Part shown: one piece after another, positions 53,727 through 62,876 of the stretch
How positions within the stretch are numbered: the stretch's first letter is position 1
Layout: each line of letters begins with the position of its first letter
Source of the DNA: a phage
DNA: 64,000 nt
Sequence record: NC_100372.1
Direction: 5' to 3' (one strand)
Notes under the pieces: model-generated
What the model saw: only the letters and a program-made list of their open reading frames with translations
Database searches by the model: none
What the model was told of the DNA's origin: nothing
Translations under genes and position numbers: made by a program

Positions 53727-54734
53727 TTAGTCACCTTTCAGAGTTGCTTTAACAACCAGCTCTGGGCGGGTGTTAACTGCCAGCATTGAAGTTTCAGATT
53801 CAATCTTCTCTTCACGCAGGTATGCAGAGTGTTTATACCACATGTACAGTTCCTGTGCAGGGGTGTTTGCTTCGTTAACATCATCTGCCGGAGCAAAGTG
53901 CAGCTGGAACATCTGATCAATACCCATCGGCAGGATGCGAGCCTCTTTCTTAGGAATATTGCCAGAGATATCTTCGATAAAGGTGATACCTTTATGTTCA
54001 AACACACGGTATACGCTGTCTTGACCGCCAGCACCCAGACGGCGACGCAGAGGTTCCTGAGCAGAGCCGTAATAGGTGTATGCCAGTTCTACCAGCGGGT
54101 GATGGGTAACAGCACTGAAGAACTCCGGTGAGCACAGAGCTACAATACGATAGCCAGCTGCGTTATCACCAGCTTGCAGTGCGATGTGCAGACGAGCTTC
54201 TTCCAGAACCTCCATAGGATCCTGATCTGCTTTTGCAGGGTCGATCTCAACAGACTTCTGAGACACACCCCACAGAGTGTAGTAATCATACTGGCAGGTA
54301 GCGTCACCAGGCGCATAGGATTTACCCAGAATAGCCTGGAACAGCGCTTTCTCACGCAGTGCTTCATGAGAAACACGGATACGGCGAACAACGCGGGTTA
54401 CTACATCCTGAACAGTTTTCGGAGCGTCAGGGGTGAAGTAACGACGGAAGTTCTGAACATCTGCAGCAGTGATGCCTTTGTCCAGAGGGAAGAACGGGAT
54501 GTTCAGGTTTTTAACCTGAGCACGTTCACTACCAACATAGTTACGCTCACCACCACGACGGCGTGCCGGAATGTCGGTTACAACTTCATCAACACGCTCG
54601 ATCTGAGCAATTGTTGAGGTGCCGAGACGGGTTTCGAACAGATCCATACCGGTAATCAGTCGGAATTGGCGCGGAACAAGGTCCAGAGTAGCACCTAAAT
54701 CGACAATGCCAAATTCATCTTTACGAGTAATCAT
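53727..54734 (-). CDS. major capsid protein
   Basis: 335 aa; position after scaffold and decoration genes, strongest terminator of the window directly downstream, good SD (GGAGAAA). Confidence 0.55.
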   Translation of the reverse strand: MITRKDEFGIVDLGATLDLVPRQFRLITGMDLFETRLGTSTIAQIERVDEVVTDIPARRRGGERNYVGSERAQVKNLNIPFFPLDKGITAADVQNFRRYFTPDAPKTVQDVVTRVVRRIRVSHEALREKALFQAILGKSYAPGDATCQYDYYTLWGVSQKSVEIDPAKADQDPMEVLEEARLHIALQAGDNAAGYRIVALCSPEFFSAVTHHPLVELAYTYYGSAQEPLRRRLGAGGQDSVYRVFEHKGITFIEDISGNIPKKEARILPMGIDQMFQLHFAPADDVNEANTPAQELYMWYKHSAYLREEKIESETSMLAVNTRPELVVKATLKGD

Positions 54735-54784
54735 TTATTTCTCCAAAGTAAAACTTAAATATTTCCCGAACAATTTAGGGCTTA

Positions 54785-55171
54785 TTATTCACCAACAGTT
54801 TGGACGTGAACTTTGTTACCTAAAGCTTCCAACTTATCCAGAATTCTTTGGTCTGCTTTAGCTCCCTCTGCACCTAACAGCATGTCTTTTGCAAAGGTAA
54901 CACCGTGAACGGCAACAACCAGGTTATAGGATTGACCAACTTCTAACGGTTTTGCAAGATGAACCGTACCAGCATCTTTGACAAGAGCACGGTCAACAAG
55001 AACGCCGTACACATCAGAACCGTCTGCGTTAGCGATGGTCCCAGTTTTTGTTACAACAGTACCAGCGTGGTGATGCTCTGTCAGTGTTACCTTGATTTCT
55101 TTAAAATTGTAGCCAGCATCGCTAGAATCAACTTTGCCGAGCACGATATCAGAATATTGAGCGGTAATCAT
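54785..55171 (-). CDS. putative head decoration protein
   Basis: 128 aa between scaffold and capsid genes; Gly/Val/Ala-rich beta-like composition. Confidence 0.35.
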   Translation of the reverse strand: MITAQYSDIVLGKVDSSDAGYNFKEIKVTLTEHHHAGTVVTKTGTIANADGSDVYGVLVDRALVKDAGTVHLAKPLEVGQSYNLVVAVHGVTFAKDMLLGAEGAKADQRILDKLEALGNKVHVQTVGE

Positions 55172-55191
55172 TTATTTCCCCCGTTAATGTC

Positions 55192-56169
55192 TTATTTGGT
55201 AGATTCTGCACGTGCACGAGCAAGTGCTTTTGCAACGTTTTCAGCAAGAATTTCTTCTGCGGATTTTGCAATATCATCCACAACAGGTTCGCCATCATTA
55301 CCATGTTCAGTGGTGGCAAACTCTTCTTTGGTTTTATGCACCTCTGCTTCCAGCTCTTTAATTTTGGCTTGAGCTTTCTCCAGCATAGCTACGATAGGTT
55401 CGTTAGCTTTTTCCAGCATGAAGTCAACCAGGGTTGCATGATCTTCTTCACCAACAAAGCTTAAAGCTTGAGCTTTAGCCAGCATTTTAGCTTTTTCAAC
55501 TTCAACCTGGGCCTTGATGATTTCTTCAGCTTTACTCTGGGTTGCTTTCAGCTCTTCTACTTGCTTCAGCAGATCCAGATACTCTTTAGTTTTGGTTACG
55601 TCCACCGGATTCTCCTCGGTATTTGCGGATTTTGCAACATCATCCACCTCGGTAGTTTTATCCACCTCAGTAGGTTCCTGTACCGCCTTGATCAGGTTCC
55701 CTTCTTTATCGAAGAGATCAGCGGTTACTTGTTCAAAAATCTGTTGTGTTTTTAACAGACTGTACTGATCTACCACACTAAGCTGCTTGCCTTCTTTTGC
55801 AGCTTTATGAATGGTCACGTTATCACAACGCTCTTCCAGCCATGCAATGCAAGACTCTGCGTCAGCTTGTGCCCATTCCCAATCAGGATGCTCTTTAGCC
55901 CAAGCTTCCTCTTCAATCTCAAAACCAAGCATGTGTGCGAGTGCTTTGGCATCGTCATACCACATATCGAAGAAACGACGCAGGTATTCTTCAAAACTCA
56001 GCTCCACAGTAACTTGGCGAAGTGCCTTAACAATATCGTCTGTTAACTGCTCAGGCTGAAGATCACTCTTCATCAAAAGAGATACAGGTCTGTTGTTAGC
56101 GCTATAGCCTTGCGCCTTATGGCACAGGGCAATCCCCTTCTCTTTAATAGTGATTGTTTTTTCAGACAT
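55192..56169 (-). CDS. scaffolding protein
   Basis: 325 aa; highly acidic, helical, coiled-coil-like (EELKATQSKAEEIIKAQVEVEKAKMLAKAQ); between protease and capsid. Confidence 0.5.
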   Translation of the reverse strand: MSEKTITIKEKGIALCHKAQGYSANNRPVSLLMKSDLQPEQLTDDIVKALRQVTVELSFEEYLRRFFDMWYDDAKALAHMLGFEIEEEAWAKEHPDWEWAQADAESCIAWLEERCDNVTIHKAAKEGKQLSVVDQYSLLKTQQIFEQVTADLFDKEGNLIKAVQEPTEVDKTTEVDDVAKSANTEENPVDVTKTKEYLDLLKQVEELKATQSKAEEIIKAQVEVEKAKMLAKAQALSFVGEEDHATLVDFMLEKANEPIVAMLEKAQAKIKELEAEVHKTKEEFATTEHGNDGEPVVDDIAKSAEEILAENVAKALARARAESTK

Positions 56170-56600
56170 TATTCATTGCCCTCTTCTACAACACTGATCC
56201 CGAAATTTACATTGGTAATTTCGCCCGTCTCTTCATCAACATTACCTGTTGCCTGAATGCTTAGGCCACCAACAATGCCAGCCTTCTTAGCTTCCCATAA
56301 TTCAGGATTATTGTATTTAACTTTAGCAACCCAAGAGCCAGCCTTGATGACCTGCTCAGTACCAATTACTACAACATCAAACTCTTCTTGAATCCACGTC
56401 TTTTCAATAGTGAAAGCATCTGTAGAGGTCAAGTGGAAAAGGTTTTCAGAAACCAGGCCTGCGGCGTATGCTGCGTCCCAATTATCTTTAGCCTTTTTGA
56501 TGGTGTCTTTACTCATCCACTCACCGTGAGCGTCTTTAGTGTCCGGTTCGTAGATGATTTCGTAGGAAATCATTTCTTCCTGTGGCATCTTATTCCCCAT
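56169..56600 (-). CDS. prohead protease-like protein (XkdF-like)
   Basis: Track ORF 56169..56744 overlaps portal by 89 nt; internal ATG at 56600 (MGNKMPQ) or 56588 avoids overlap. Motif IYEPDTKDAHGEWMSKDTIKKA resembles the XkdF-type family. Start uncertain. Confidence 0.4.
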   Translation of the reverse strand: MGNKMPQEEMISYEIIYEPDTKDAHGEWMSKDTIKKAKDNWDAAYAAGLVSENLFHLTSTDAFTIEKTWIQEEFDVVVIGTEQVIKAGSWVAKVKYNNPELWEAKKAGIVGGLSIQATGNVDEETGEITNVNFGISVVEEGNE

Positions 56601-56655
56601 GTGGATTATTTTATCACGCCAAAGGAGGTTTTGCAACCCCCTGTGTTGATAATTT

Positions 56656-58212
56656 TTAATTTTCCATGTTGGATATGGAATTATCTCTGGTTGATGACAT
56701 CTTAGAAGTGCCGTTGCCAGTGGATCCTGCAGCCATTCCATCACCAGCCCTACTGATATCCTGGCCCAAGAGCTTCATTAGCTCTTCCTGATCCATGTCC
56801 TCGTCAAATCTTTCATCAAACCCACCTACTTCAAGAATCTTATTAATTACTGCAGGAGTTTTTGGCAAGTAACCTACAGCACCGATCCTCTGGACAAACT
56901 TGGAGAAGCTCTCCATGTCCACCTCTTCAATCAGACCAGGTTTCAGTTTAGGCATATCATCATCTTCAAGGATGATACCATTCAATGCCAGAAGCTGTGG
57001 AATAAGATCTTTATTGAAGGCCTCAGTGATAATATCTATATCACGCTGAACAAAATGACCATGGATAGACTGTTTTGACTCAGACAGAGAGAAGGATCCG
57101 ACGTTATCGTTACCGAGGTTAATAAAGCCAGCACCGAAACGGTCAAGAATCGCCTTCTTACGGGCATCAATCAAATCTTTAGTGGAATACTGCTTGCCCA
57201 TACCGTCAACCCCCTTCAGGGTCATGGAGTAAAGCTCTTTACCAGACTTATCTCTATCAGACGGAAGTATAAAGAAACTTTGCTCCCCACTATGGGCGTT
57301 TGCTGCGTCAAGCATAAGATCTGCAACCATTCTCCCTTCCATTGAATTCGGGTCAATACTGGCCTTGTTCAAAATATTGGAAGGAATTTTCAGCTCAAGC
57401 ACACCACCAAGGTCTTTGGAACAGCCAACAACCTCAAGGTTTTCAATCAAAACTTTCTCACGGAAAGATCTGTAGCAACCTATCATCGGTGACACACCTG
57501 CAGGGTTAGATTCTGTTCCTGACAGAGTCATGAGCATAAGCTTTTTAGCAGGGATGAAAATTTCAGGCTCATTAAAGCCTTTTGAAGGCATTGCAGCGAG
57601 AGGACCAGCCCAGCGTGCATTCTGCGTGTTTAGAAATGCATTAGGTGATTGATAAATACCTGTCAGTGTTCTACTATTCTTGTCAAAGACAAACGGCTCT
57701 GATCTGGACAAACTGGCCTGTGGTCGGAACGCAATCTTATCAATGAGAAGCATCCCGGCGTATTTGCCTTCTTTCTCTCTGCGGTATACTTTCTCAAACA
57801 GTGAAAAACCATACTCGTTAAAGGTAGCTGCGCTTCTTGCAATATCTCGAAGAGTTTGTTGGTTTGCCAAATTACGCAAAGAATACTCTATAAGCTCGGC
57901 GGCTTTCTTAGAGTCTTCACTTTTAACATTATAAAGGATCTTAAAATCATTGAATGCTTTCGTGATGAAAACATATTTTGTATCTAAGGCAGTAGCAACT
58001 GTGGAATCACATTTCATAGTCTCCACTGTGGCAATCAGCTGAGGCCAACGCAATTCCTCAACCATCATAGATTGTGATTCTGCCATAATTTGGGAAAGTG
58101 CGCCAGAACCGATCTCACTCATACGAACATTATGAGTTGGTGCGCCTGCGTTCCCAGATTTATTCACAGTTTTGGCTGTGGCGTTGTGTTTCCTGCGGTT
58201 CTTTTTGGACAC
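56656..58212 (-). CDS. portal protein
   Basis: 518 aa immediately downstream of terL. Confidence 0.5.
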   Translation of the reverse strand: MSKKNRRKHNATAKTVNKSGNAGAPTHNVRMSEIGSGALSQIMAESQSMMVEELRWPQLIATVETMKCDSTVATALDTKYVFITKAFNDFKILYNVKSEDSKKAAELIEYSLRNLANQQTLRDIARSAATFNEYGFSLFEKVYRREKEGKYAGMLLIDKIAFRPQASLSRSEPFVFDKNSRTLTGIYQSPNAFLNTQNARWAGPLAAMPSKGFNEPEIFIPAKKLMLMTLSGTESNPAGVSPMIGCYRSFREKVLIENLEVVGCSKDLGGVLELKIPSNILNKASIDPNSMEGRMVADLMLDAANAHSGEQSFFILPSDRDKSGKELYSMTLKGVDGMGKQYSTKDLIDARKKAILDRFGAGFINLGNDNVGSFSLSESKQSIHGHFVQRDIDIITEAFNKDLIPQLLALNGIILEDDDMPKLKPGLIEEVDMESFSKFVQRIGAVGYLPKTPAVINKILEVGGFDERFDEDMDQEELMKLLGQDISRAGDGMAAGSTGNGTSKMSSTRDNSISNMEN

Positions 58213-58314
58213 AAGCTTTACCCCTCAAAACAGTATAACAAAATAGCCCTCGTGTCAGAGGGCTAGTATCTCCGATTACTCTATTCTACCACATCTAATT
58301 AAGATTGGCAACAC

Positions 58315-59862
58315 TTAGATAAAACGCTTGAACATAGAAGGTGATGAGATTGATGGAATCACACAAGGCAGCGCTACCTCCTCTTTCTCCAGGAAATTAA
58401 TCGCAGAAGCTACACAGTCGGCCCAGTCGTCTTTTCTGTTAAATGTTGATCTTTCCCCGTTGAACTTTTCAAGTTCAGTCAGAAATGCTTCCAGAGTGTC
58501 AGGATGGAAACTGGATTTTACAATCCTCACCATTCCTTGTTGGGCAAGATTGGCAAAAGGTGAGAACCTTGTCAGTTTAGATTTGTTGGAAGGCATTGGA
58601 TCTTCTTCAACCCTGAACCCTTCGGCGAGCAAAGATCTGGACGAGGTTAAGAACTCACTCTTACCTGCCTGACCGGGGTCTACAGAAAATACGATTATGC
58701 AATCATCTCCATCAAACTGCGCCTGTTTCCTGATGATCACATCTCGTTCCCCAGCCTTTTTACAGAACTTTCCTTCCAGACCTGTGGAATACCTACCGTC
58801 ATCCACGTTCTCAGGACAATAATCCCCGGACAGGTAATAAAAGCCGTCGCTATCTTTACTTACCTTAACACTGGCAGTAAAGTCAGGAAATTTATTACCG
58901 GAAGTTCTCTCGGTTCCTGCCTTATCCCATGCCCTGCAAGATACTGATCCAAGAGGTACTCTATCGGCATCCCGAAGGAAAGATCTTTGGAAATAGTTTG
59001 CACCCTCAGGTTTGGCAAACCAGTTGCCATGAAGAAGCTGGGCTTTTTCAAGCTCGGGTAGACCTTCAAGGAAAGCAAGGTATTCCGGGTTGTCTCTCAA
59101 ACAGACAGGATTATCGAAAATTGTTGCGCCTATAAACGAGAATGACAACGGTCTTGGCTTGATCTCCACACCCAGTCCGTTAACCGTGGTGTATTTCTCT
59201 ATTAACTCTTCTTTAGAGTCTCCCCAAATAAATTCACCGTCGCGTCGGATAAAATATCTTTTCTTACCACATTTCTCCGGATCTGGATACCCTTCATCGT
59301 CCAACCACCACCTAACCAGTTTGGCAAGCATGTGTTCTGAGTCGGGGTTACAGCTGATAACCATTCTTGATGGATACTTTGACTGAGATCGCAGACGAGA
59401 CATCAAATAGTCTATCTGCTCCCATTCGAATTGCGTGCCTTCATCGAAGCAAACCATGGTGTACTCAAGGCCTTGATGGTTAAGCTTATCTTGGACATAC
59501 TCCATGTGGCAGTATTTTACAACGGCCCCTTTTTTGCTCCTGTCCCACTTGCCAGTGCTCGGATCAAACCGTGGAAAAATAAACTTATGATCCTTCTCTC
59601 TGAACTTTGGTTTAATGTTTTCAGGCAGATCACTGTAGATAGCTACTGCTTTAGGCCATAGCCCACCCTCACCTTCCAACTGGGGAGTTGTTCTTCGGAA
59701 CATAACCACAGAGCTGTGCGGGTCATCAATAATTTTAAGCGGCATTAGCTGCAAGAGGAACGACTTGCCAGACCCAGCTGCACCTCCGATCACCAAAATA
59801 TCTGCATCGTTCTCTAGGATCATCTTCTGCTTTTCAGAACACGGTCCGTAAATCTTAGACAT
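58315..59862 (-). CDS. terL: terminase large subunit
   Basis: 515 aa; Walker A VIGGAAGSGKS, Walker B-like MVCFDEGTQ, C-terminal acidic nuclease-like residues; start overlaps o-spanin stop (TAATG). Confidence 0.7.
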   Translation of the reverse strand: MSKIYGPCSEKQKMILENDADILVIGGAAGSGKSFLLQLMPLKIIDDPHSSVVMFRRTTPQLEGEGGLWPKAVAIYSDLPENIKPKFREKDHKFIFPRFDPSTGKWDRSKKGAVVKYCHMEYVQDKLNHQGLEYTMVCFDEGTQFEWEQIDYLMSRLRSQSKYPSRMVISCNPDSEHMLAKLVRWWLDDEGYPDPEKCGKKRYFIRRDGEFIWGDSKEELIEKYTTVNGLGVEIKPRPLSFSFIGATIFDNPVCLRDNPEYLAFLEGLPELEKAQLLHGNWFAKPEGANYFQRSFLRDADRVPLGSVSCRAWDKAGTERTSGNKFPDFTASVKVSKDSDGFYYLSGDYCPENVDDGRYSTGLEGKFCKKAGERDVIIRKQAQFDGDDCIIVFSVDPGQAGKSEFLTSSRSLLAEGFRVEEDPMPSNKSKLTRFSPFANLAQQGMVRIVKSSFHPDTLEAFLTELEKFNGERSTFNRKDDWADCVASAINFLEKEEVALPCVIPSISSPSMFKRFI

Positions 59863-60149
59863 TAACCTCTCTCCTTTGGAAACAGTGTTCTTATATAGTC
59901 TTGCAAAATGATCAATTTAGCTCTATCATTACTACAAGACAGGTTATTATCCCTCATAATGCCAGAATTCACCGCATCTGGCGCACCTTTCTTCAAAGGG
60001 ATAGCTTTAGCAGGTGGTTTCATAGCACCCTCGGGAGGTTTAACAATCAACCTTCCTACATCCGGAGGGTCAATCTTGTATTCTCTCTCAACACTGGTTG
60101 CACACCCACACAATAACAAGCACAAAACAACCAGTGCAGTAACTCTCAT
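59862..60149 (-). CDS. o-spanin-like outer-membrane lipoprotein
   Basis: 95 aa; lipoprotein signal with lipobox LLLCGC, proline-rich mature part (KPPEGAMKPPAKAIPLKKGAPD). Confidence 0.5.
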   Translation of the reverse strand: MRVTALVVLCLLLCGCATSVEREYKIDPPDVGRLIVKPPEGAMKPPAKAIPLKKGAPDAVNSGIMRDNNLSCSNDRAKLIILQDYIRTLFPKERG

Positions 60150-60544
60150 CGAACCTCCTGATTGATACTCTCATTATAAATATCTATTAGCTGATCAGGA
60201 AGTGTTGACTTCTTACCTTCAGGAGATTGGAGGTAGATAATCTGCTTTTCTTTACCTGCCTTCTCAGCCATATTTAATTTATCCTGTAGATCAGAAAGAG
60301 ATTTTTCAAGGTTTTTAACCTCCTCTGCGTGGCCCATTTTAATTTTGTCGGCTTGCTTTTGTTGTTGGTCAAGGATCCGTTCCCACTTCAACTCTGTTGC
60401 TGACACACCTTCCTGATAAGCATCATTGAGCTTAGAGTTAAACCAATACACGGCCCCAAGATAAGCCATGCCTATAGCCGCTGCAAAAACTAAACCTTTT
60501 ATGATCCCTCTGTATTTACTCATCAATGTTAAGACTGAAATCAT
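60146..60544 (-). CDS. i-spanin-like protein
   Basis: 132 aa; N-terminal TM helix (GLVFAAAIGMAYLGAVYWF), coiled-coil periplasmic domain; 4-nt overlap with o-spanin gene. Confidence 0.5.
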   Translation of the reverse strand: MISVLTLMSKYRGIIKGLVFAAAIGMAYLGAVYWFNSKLNDAYQEGVSATELKWERILDQQQKQADKIKMGHAEEVKNLEKSLSDLQDKLNMAEKAGKEKQIIYLQSPEGKKSTLPDQLIDIYNESINQEVR

Positions 60545-60582
60545 TTTAAGGCTCCAGAAACGAAAAAACCCCGCAGCTATAC

Positions 60583-60615
60583 AGCTAACGGGGCGGGTTA
60601 AAATTGAGTAACCTA
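60583..60615 (-). terminator. terminator-like hairpin with U-tract
   Basis: Minus-strand RNA CCCCG-(17-nt loop with internal AGCU pairing)-CGGGG followed by UUUUUUCG; between 60650..60919 and the spanin/terL block. Confidence 0.4.
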
Positions 60616-60649
60616 AATAGATCGAAACTAACTAAAAGGAGACTAATAC

Positions 60650-60919
60650 TTATCGAGGCACTCGGTGGATGATTCTGACAGTAACCGCATTCTCATTCAT
60701 CAAGTAAGCATCCACATCTCTGTAAATATAAAACTTCTGCTCGCTATCAACAACACAAGCTACTGCCCCTTCAGAGTTGTCTTCAAAGAAGACCACAACT
60801 GCATCGCAGCTTAGTTCATGATACGACTCTCGAAGATTTACAGCAAGAGGGTTGAAATCTTCACGAAAATCTACAGTATGGGTTGGATTTACACGTTCTA
60901 CAATTTTAAGTGTATACAT
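60650..60919 (-). CDS. hypothetical protein
   Basis: 89 aa ORF just downstream of the tRNA array. Confidence 0.45.
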   Translation of the reverse strand: MYTLKIVERVNPTHTVDFREDFNPLAVNLRESYHELSCDAVVVFFEDNSEGAVACVVDSEQKFYIYRDVDAYLMNENAVTVRIIHRVPR

Positions 60920-60965
60920 TTTAAAGGTTCCTTTTGTGTGTATATATTTAAAGTATAACTAAAGG

Positions 60966-61042
60966 TGGTCTCCACGGAGTGATTCGAACACTCGACCTCC
61001 TGATCCCAAATCAGGCGCTCTACCAAGCTGAGCTACGCGGAG
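60966..61042 (-). tRNA. tRNA-Pro (anticodon UGG)
   Basis: Manual cloverleaf: acceptor CTCCGCG/CGTGGAG, D-arm GCTC..GAGC, anticodon loop UUUGGGA, T-arm GAGTG-TTCGAAT-CACTC, 3' CCA encoded. Confidence 0.65.
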
Positions 61043-61053
61043 TATTTATTATT

Positions 61054-61128
61054 TGGTGGCCCTGGGTGGAATTGAACCACCGTCTGGCGATTATGAGTCG
61101 CTTGCTTGAACCTTCCAGCTACAGGGCC
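61054..61128 (-). tRNA. tRNA-Met or Ile2 (anticodon CAU)
   Basis: Acceptor GGCCCTG/CAGGGCC, anticodon loop CUCAUAA, T-arm GGTGG-TTCAATT-CCACC, CCA encoded; G1-C72 pair argues against initiator. Confidence 0.6.
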
Positions 61129-61129
61129 A

Positions 61130-61205
61130 TGGTGCTGATGGCAGGACTTGAACCTGCAACCTATTGATTACAAATCAATTGCACTGCCAATTGTGCTACA
61201 TCAGC
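61130..61205 (-). tRNA. tRNA-Thr (anticodon UGU)
   Basis: Acceptor GCTGATG/CATCAGC, D-stem GCAC/GTGC, anticodon stem ATTGA/TCAAT with loop UUUGUAA, T-loop TTCAAGT, CCA encoded. Confidence 0.65.
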
Positions 61206-61209
61206 AAAA

Positions 61210-61308
61210 GGTGCTAGGTGATGGAATCGAACCACCTATGTATTCAACGACTACCTCGTCTATTTTCAGGATTAAAAATCCTCGCCCTTGCCAAAGGGCT
61301 TACCTAGC
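61210..61308 (-). tRNA. atypical tRNA-like element (about 99 nt; anticodon arm ambiguous, possibly UUU)
   Basis: Perfect 7-bp acceptor pairing GCTAGGT/ACCTAGC, D-arm GCCC-TTTGGCAA-GGGC, T-arm GGTGG-TTCGATT-CCATC, but about 30 nt between anticodon hairpin and T-arm; CCA not fully encoded. Confidence 0.4.
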
Positions 61309-61406
61309 GCAATATGTTGACCATGTGGCTAGTCGGCGATGACGACTGTAACATTTGATAATCCGGTTCTGCTTCCGGCTTTCGCTTAATTACAAGGTCA
61401 ACAATG

Positions 61407-61497
61407 TGGCGGAGAGTAATGGAATCGAACCATCATCGAGTCATCCTCAACGGGACGGTTTTCAAGACCGCTTGAGCACCATTGCTCCCTACCCTCC
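61407..61497 (-). tRNA. tRNA-Ser (anticodon UGA), long variable arm
   Basis: Acceptor GGAGGGT/ACTCTCC (one G-U), anticodon stem GCGGT/ACCGT with loop CUUGAAA, about 20-nt variable arm, T-arm GATGG-TTCGATT-CCATT, discriminator G, CCA encoded. Confidence 0.6.
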
Positions 61498-61601
61498 TTT
61501 ATAAATTACACTGATAATGACACTGATTTTCGAGCAGTTAGTGACTAGTATAAACGACGATAAATATCAATGTCATTATCTGTATGATTTATGCATTTAA
61601 A

Positions 61602-61688
61602 AATATAAATTTGGTGGGGAGTGGTGGAGTCGAACCACCCGAGTCGCAATGACAATAGATTTACAGTCTACACCGCTACCTCTACGGG
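61602..61688 (-). tRNA. tRNA-Tyr (anticodon GUA)
   Basis: Acceptor GGGGAGT/ACTCCCC, anticodon loop CUGUAAA, variable arm about 13 nt, T-arm GGTGG-TTCGACT-CCACC, discriminator A, CCA encoded. Confidence 0.65.
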
Positions 61689-61692
61689 ATAA

Positions 61693-61767
61693 CTCCCCAA
61701 TTTGGCACCCCGTACTGGACTCGAACCAGTGTCAACGGCTTAGAAGGCCGCTGCTTTATCCACTAAG
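61693..61767 (-). tRNA. tRNA-Arg (anticodon UCU)
   Basis: Acceptor GCCCTGT/ACGGGGT (two G-U), D-arm GCTT..AAGC, anticodon stem GCGGC/GCCGT with loop CUUCUAA, T-arm ACTGG-TTCGAGT-CCAGT, CCA encoded. Confidence 0.6.
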
Positions 61768-61835
61768 CTAACAGGGCACTGGGTGGCTTTCTTTTACACC
61801 TGAGCCGCCAGAAAAGGTGGGAGACCATGTTTATA

Positions 61836-61864
61836 ATATTACACTGTTAGGCAAAGTTTGTCAA
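61836..61864 (-). promoter_or_regulatory. sigma70-like promoter for the tRNA array (TTGACA-17-TAATAT)
   Basis: On minus strand: -35 TTGACA (plus 61859-61864), 17-nt spacer, -10 TAATAT (plus 61836-61841); about 60 nt upstream of tRNA-Arg. Confidence 0.5.
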
Positions 61865-61873
61865 GAAAATATT

Positions 61874-62212
61874 TTAACTATTGCCAACAGGCTGTATTTC
61901 TGTGGTAAATGGCATAAAAGGTGCTGGTTTTTCAGCCTCTTCTACTACCACCTCTTCCTCTTCACCAAACATCTCATCATATTCTTCCTGCATTCGGTCT
62001 GCCTTATCAAGAACATACTCTGCAATGCTTTGACGAATATTTTGTTTGGTTTTCGGGTCCAACATCAGCTCTCTTAAAACTTTGTGAGCTTCTGGAACCA
62101 TCGCTATAAAAGATTCCTTCATATCAAGAATGTTCTTCTCTAGCTGAATGGCGTTGGACTCCTCTTTCAGAGGTCTGCCTCTACGGCGACGCTTTTTAGT
62201 TGTATCCGCCAT
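61874..62212 (-). CDS. small basic protein with Arg-rich AT-hook-like N-terminus and acidic C-terminus
   Basis: Track ORF 61874..62332; internal ATG at 62212 (MADTTKKRRRRGRPLK) has strong SD GGAGG 4 nt upstream. C-terminus acidic (EEEEVVVEEAE). Confidence 0.45.
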   Translation of the reverse strand: MADTTKKRRRRGRPLKEESNAIQLEKNILDMKESFIAMVPEAHKVLRELMLDPKTKQNIRQSIAEYVLDKADRMQEEYDEMFGEEEEVVVEEAEKPAPFMPFTTEIQPVGNS

Positions 62213-62557
62213 GTTTCCTCCATTATCACGTGATAGGTGGATTTTATCACGGCAAATACTGATTGTCAAGTTCGCCGCAGGGTGGTATTCCCTGCGACTT
62301 GCCCAGCGTCCTGGACCAGCAAGACCCAACAAGTGGGTTACCAGATACCCATTACCGCGCTCTGGCTCGACCTTATTACAGGTTGGCTGGGGTCACATCG
62401 TCATGTGCTGGCTGCCCCTACCATTTTAAGTGTGGTGCACTATCAAGCCCTCTAAGGGGAACTCAGCCTTCTCCGAACCCTGTTTCAAAGCATCCGGAGA
62501 TAAAGCCATCAAACTCATCTTTAAATTGGATATTCATCATGATACACGAAAACAACC

Positions 62558-62800
62558 TCATTGTAAAGCACAAATAAATAAAACATACTTAATTTGTTTG
62601 TTATCGGGCTCAGGGTAGAAGTAGAAGATCTTGCTATCACCAATCTGAACACCACCATCCCAACAACATAAACCATAACCAGTATTCATACAAGCTAAGT
62701 CGTTGGCAAAATCTATTGCATCATCTAGTGCACGAAATTCACCTTCATCTTCTAAATAATCCTCATTCATGGAACGGAAAACGAGCTTAACCTTAAACAT
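62558..62800 (-). CDS. hypothetical protein
   Basis: 80 aa ORF. Confidence 0.35.
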   Translation of the reverse strand: MFKVKLVFRSMNEDYLEDEGEFRALDDAIDFANDLACMNTGYGLCCWDGGVQIGDSKIFYFYPEPDNKQIKYVLFICALQ

Positions 62801-62876
62801 AGCATTACCTGTAGACCTCGTAAGTTAAAATTGTATCACATCATATTGCAGATCTTATCAGGTAACATTATTTTTG

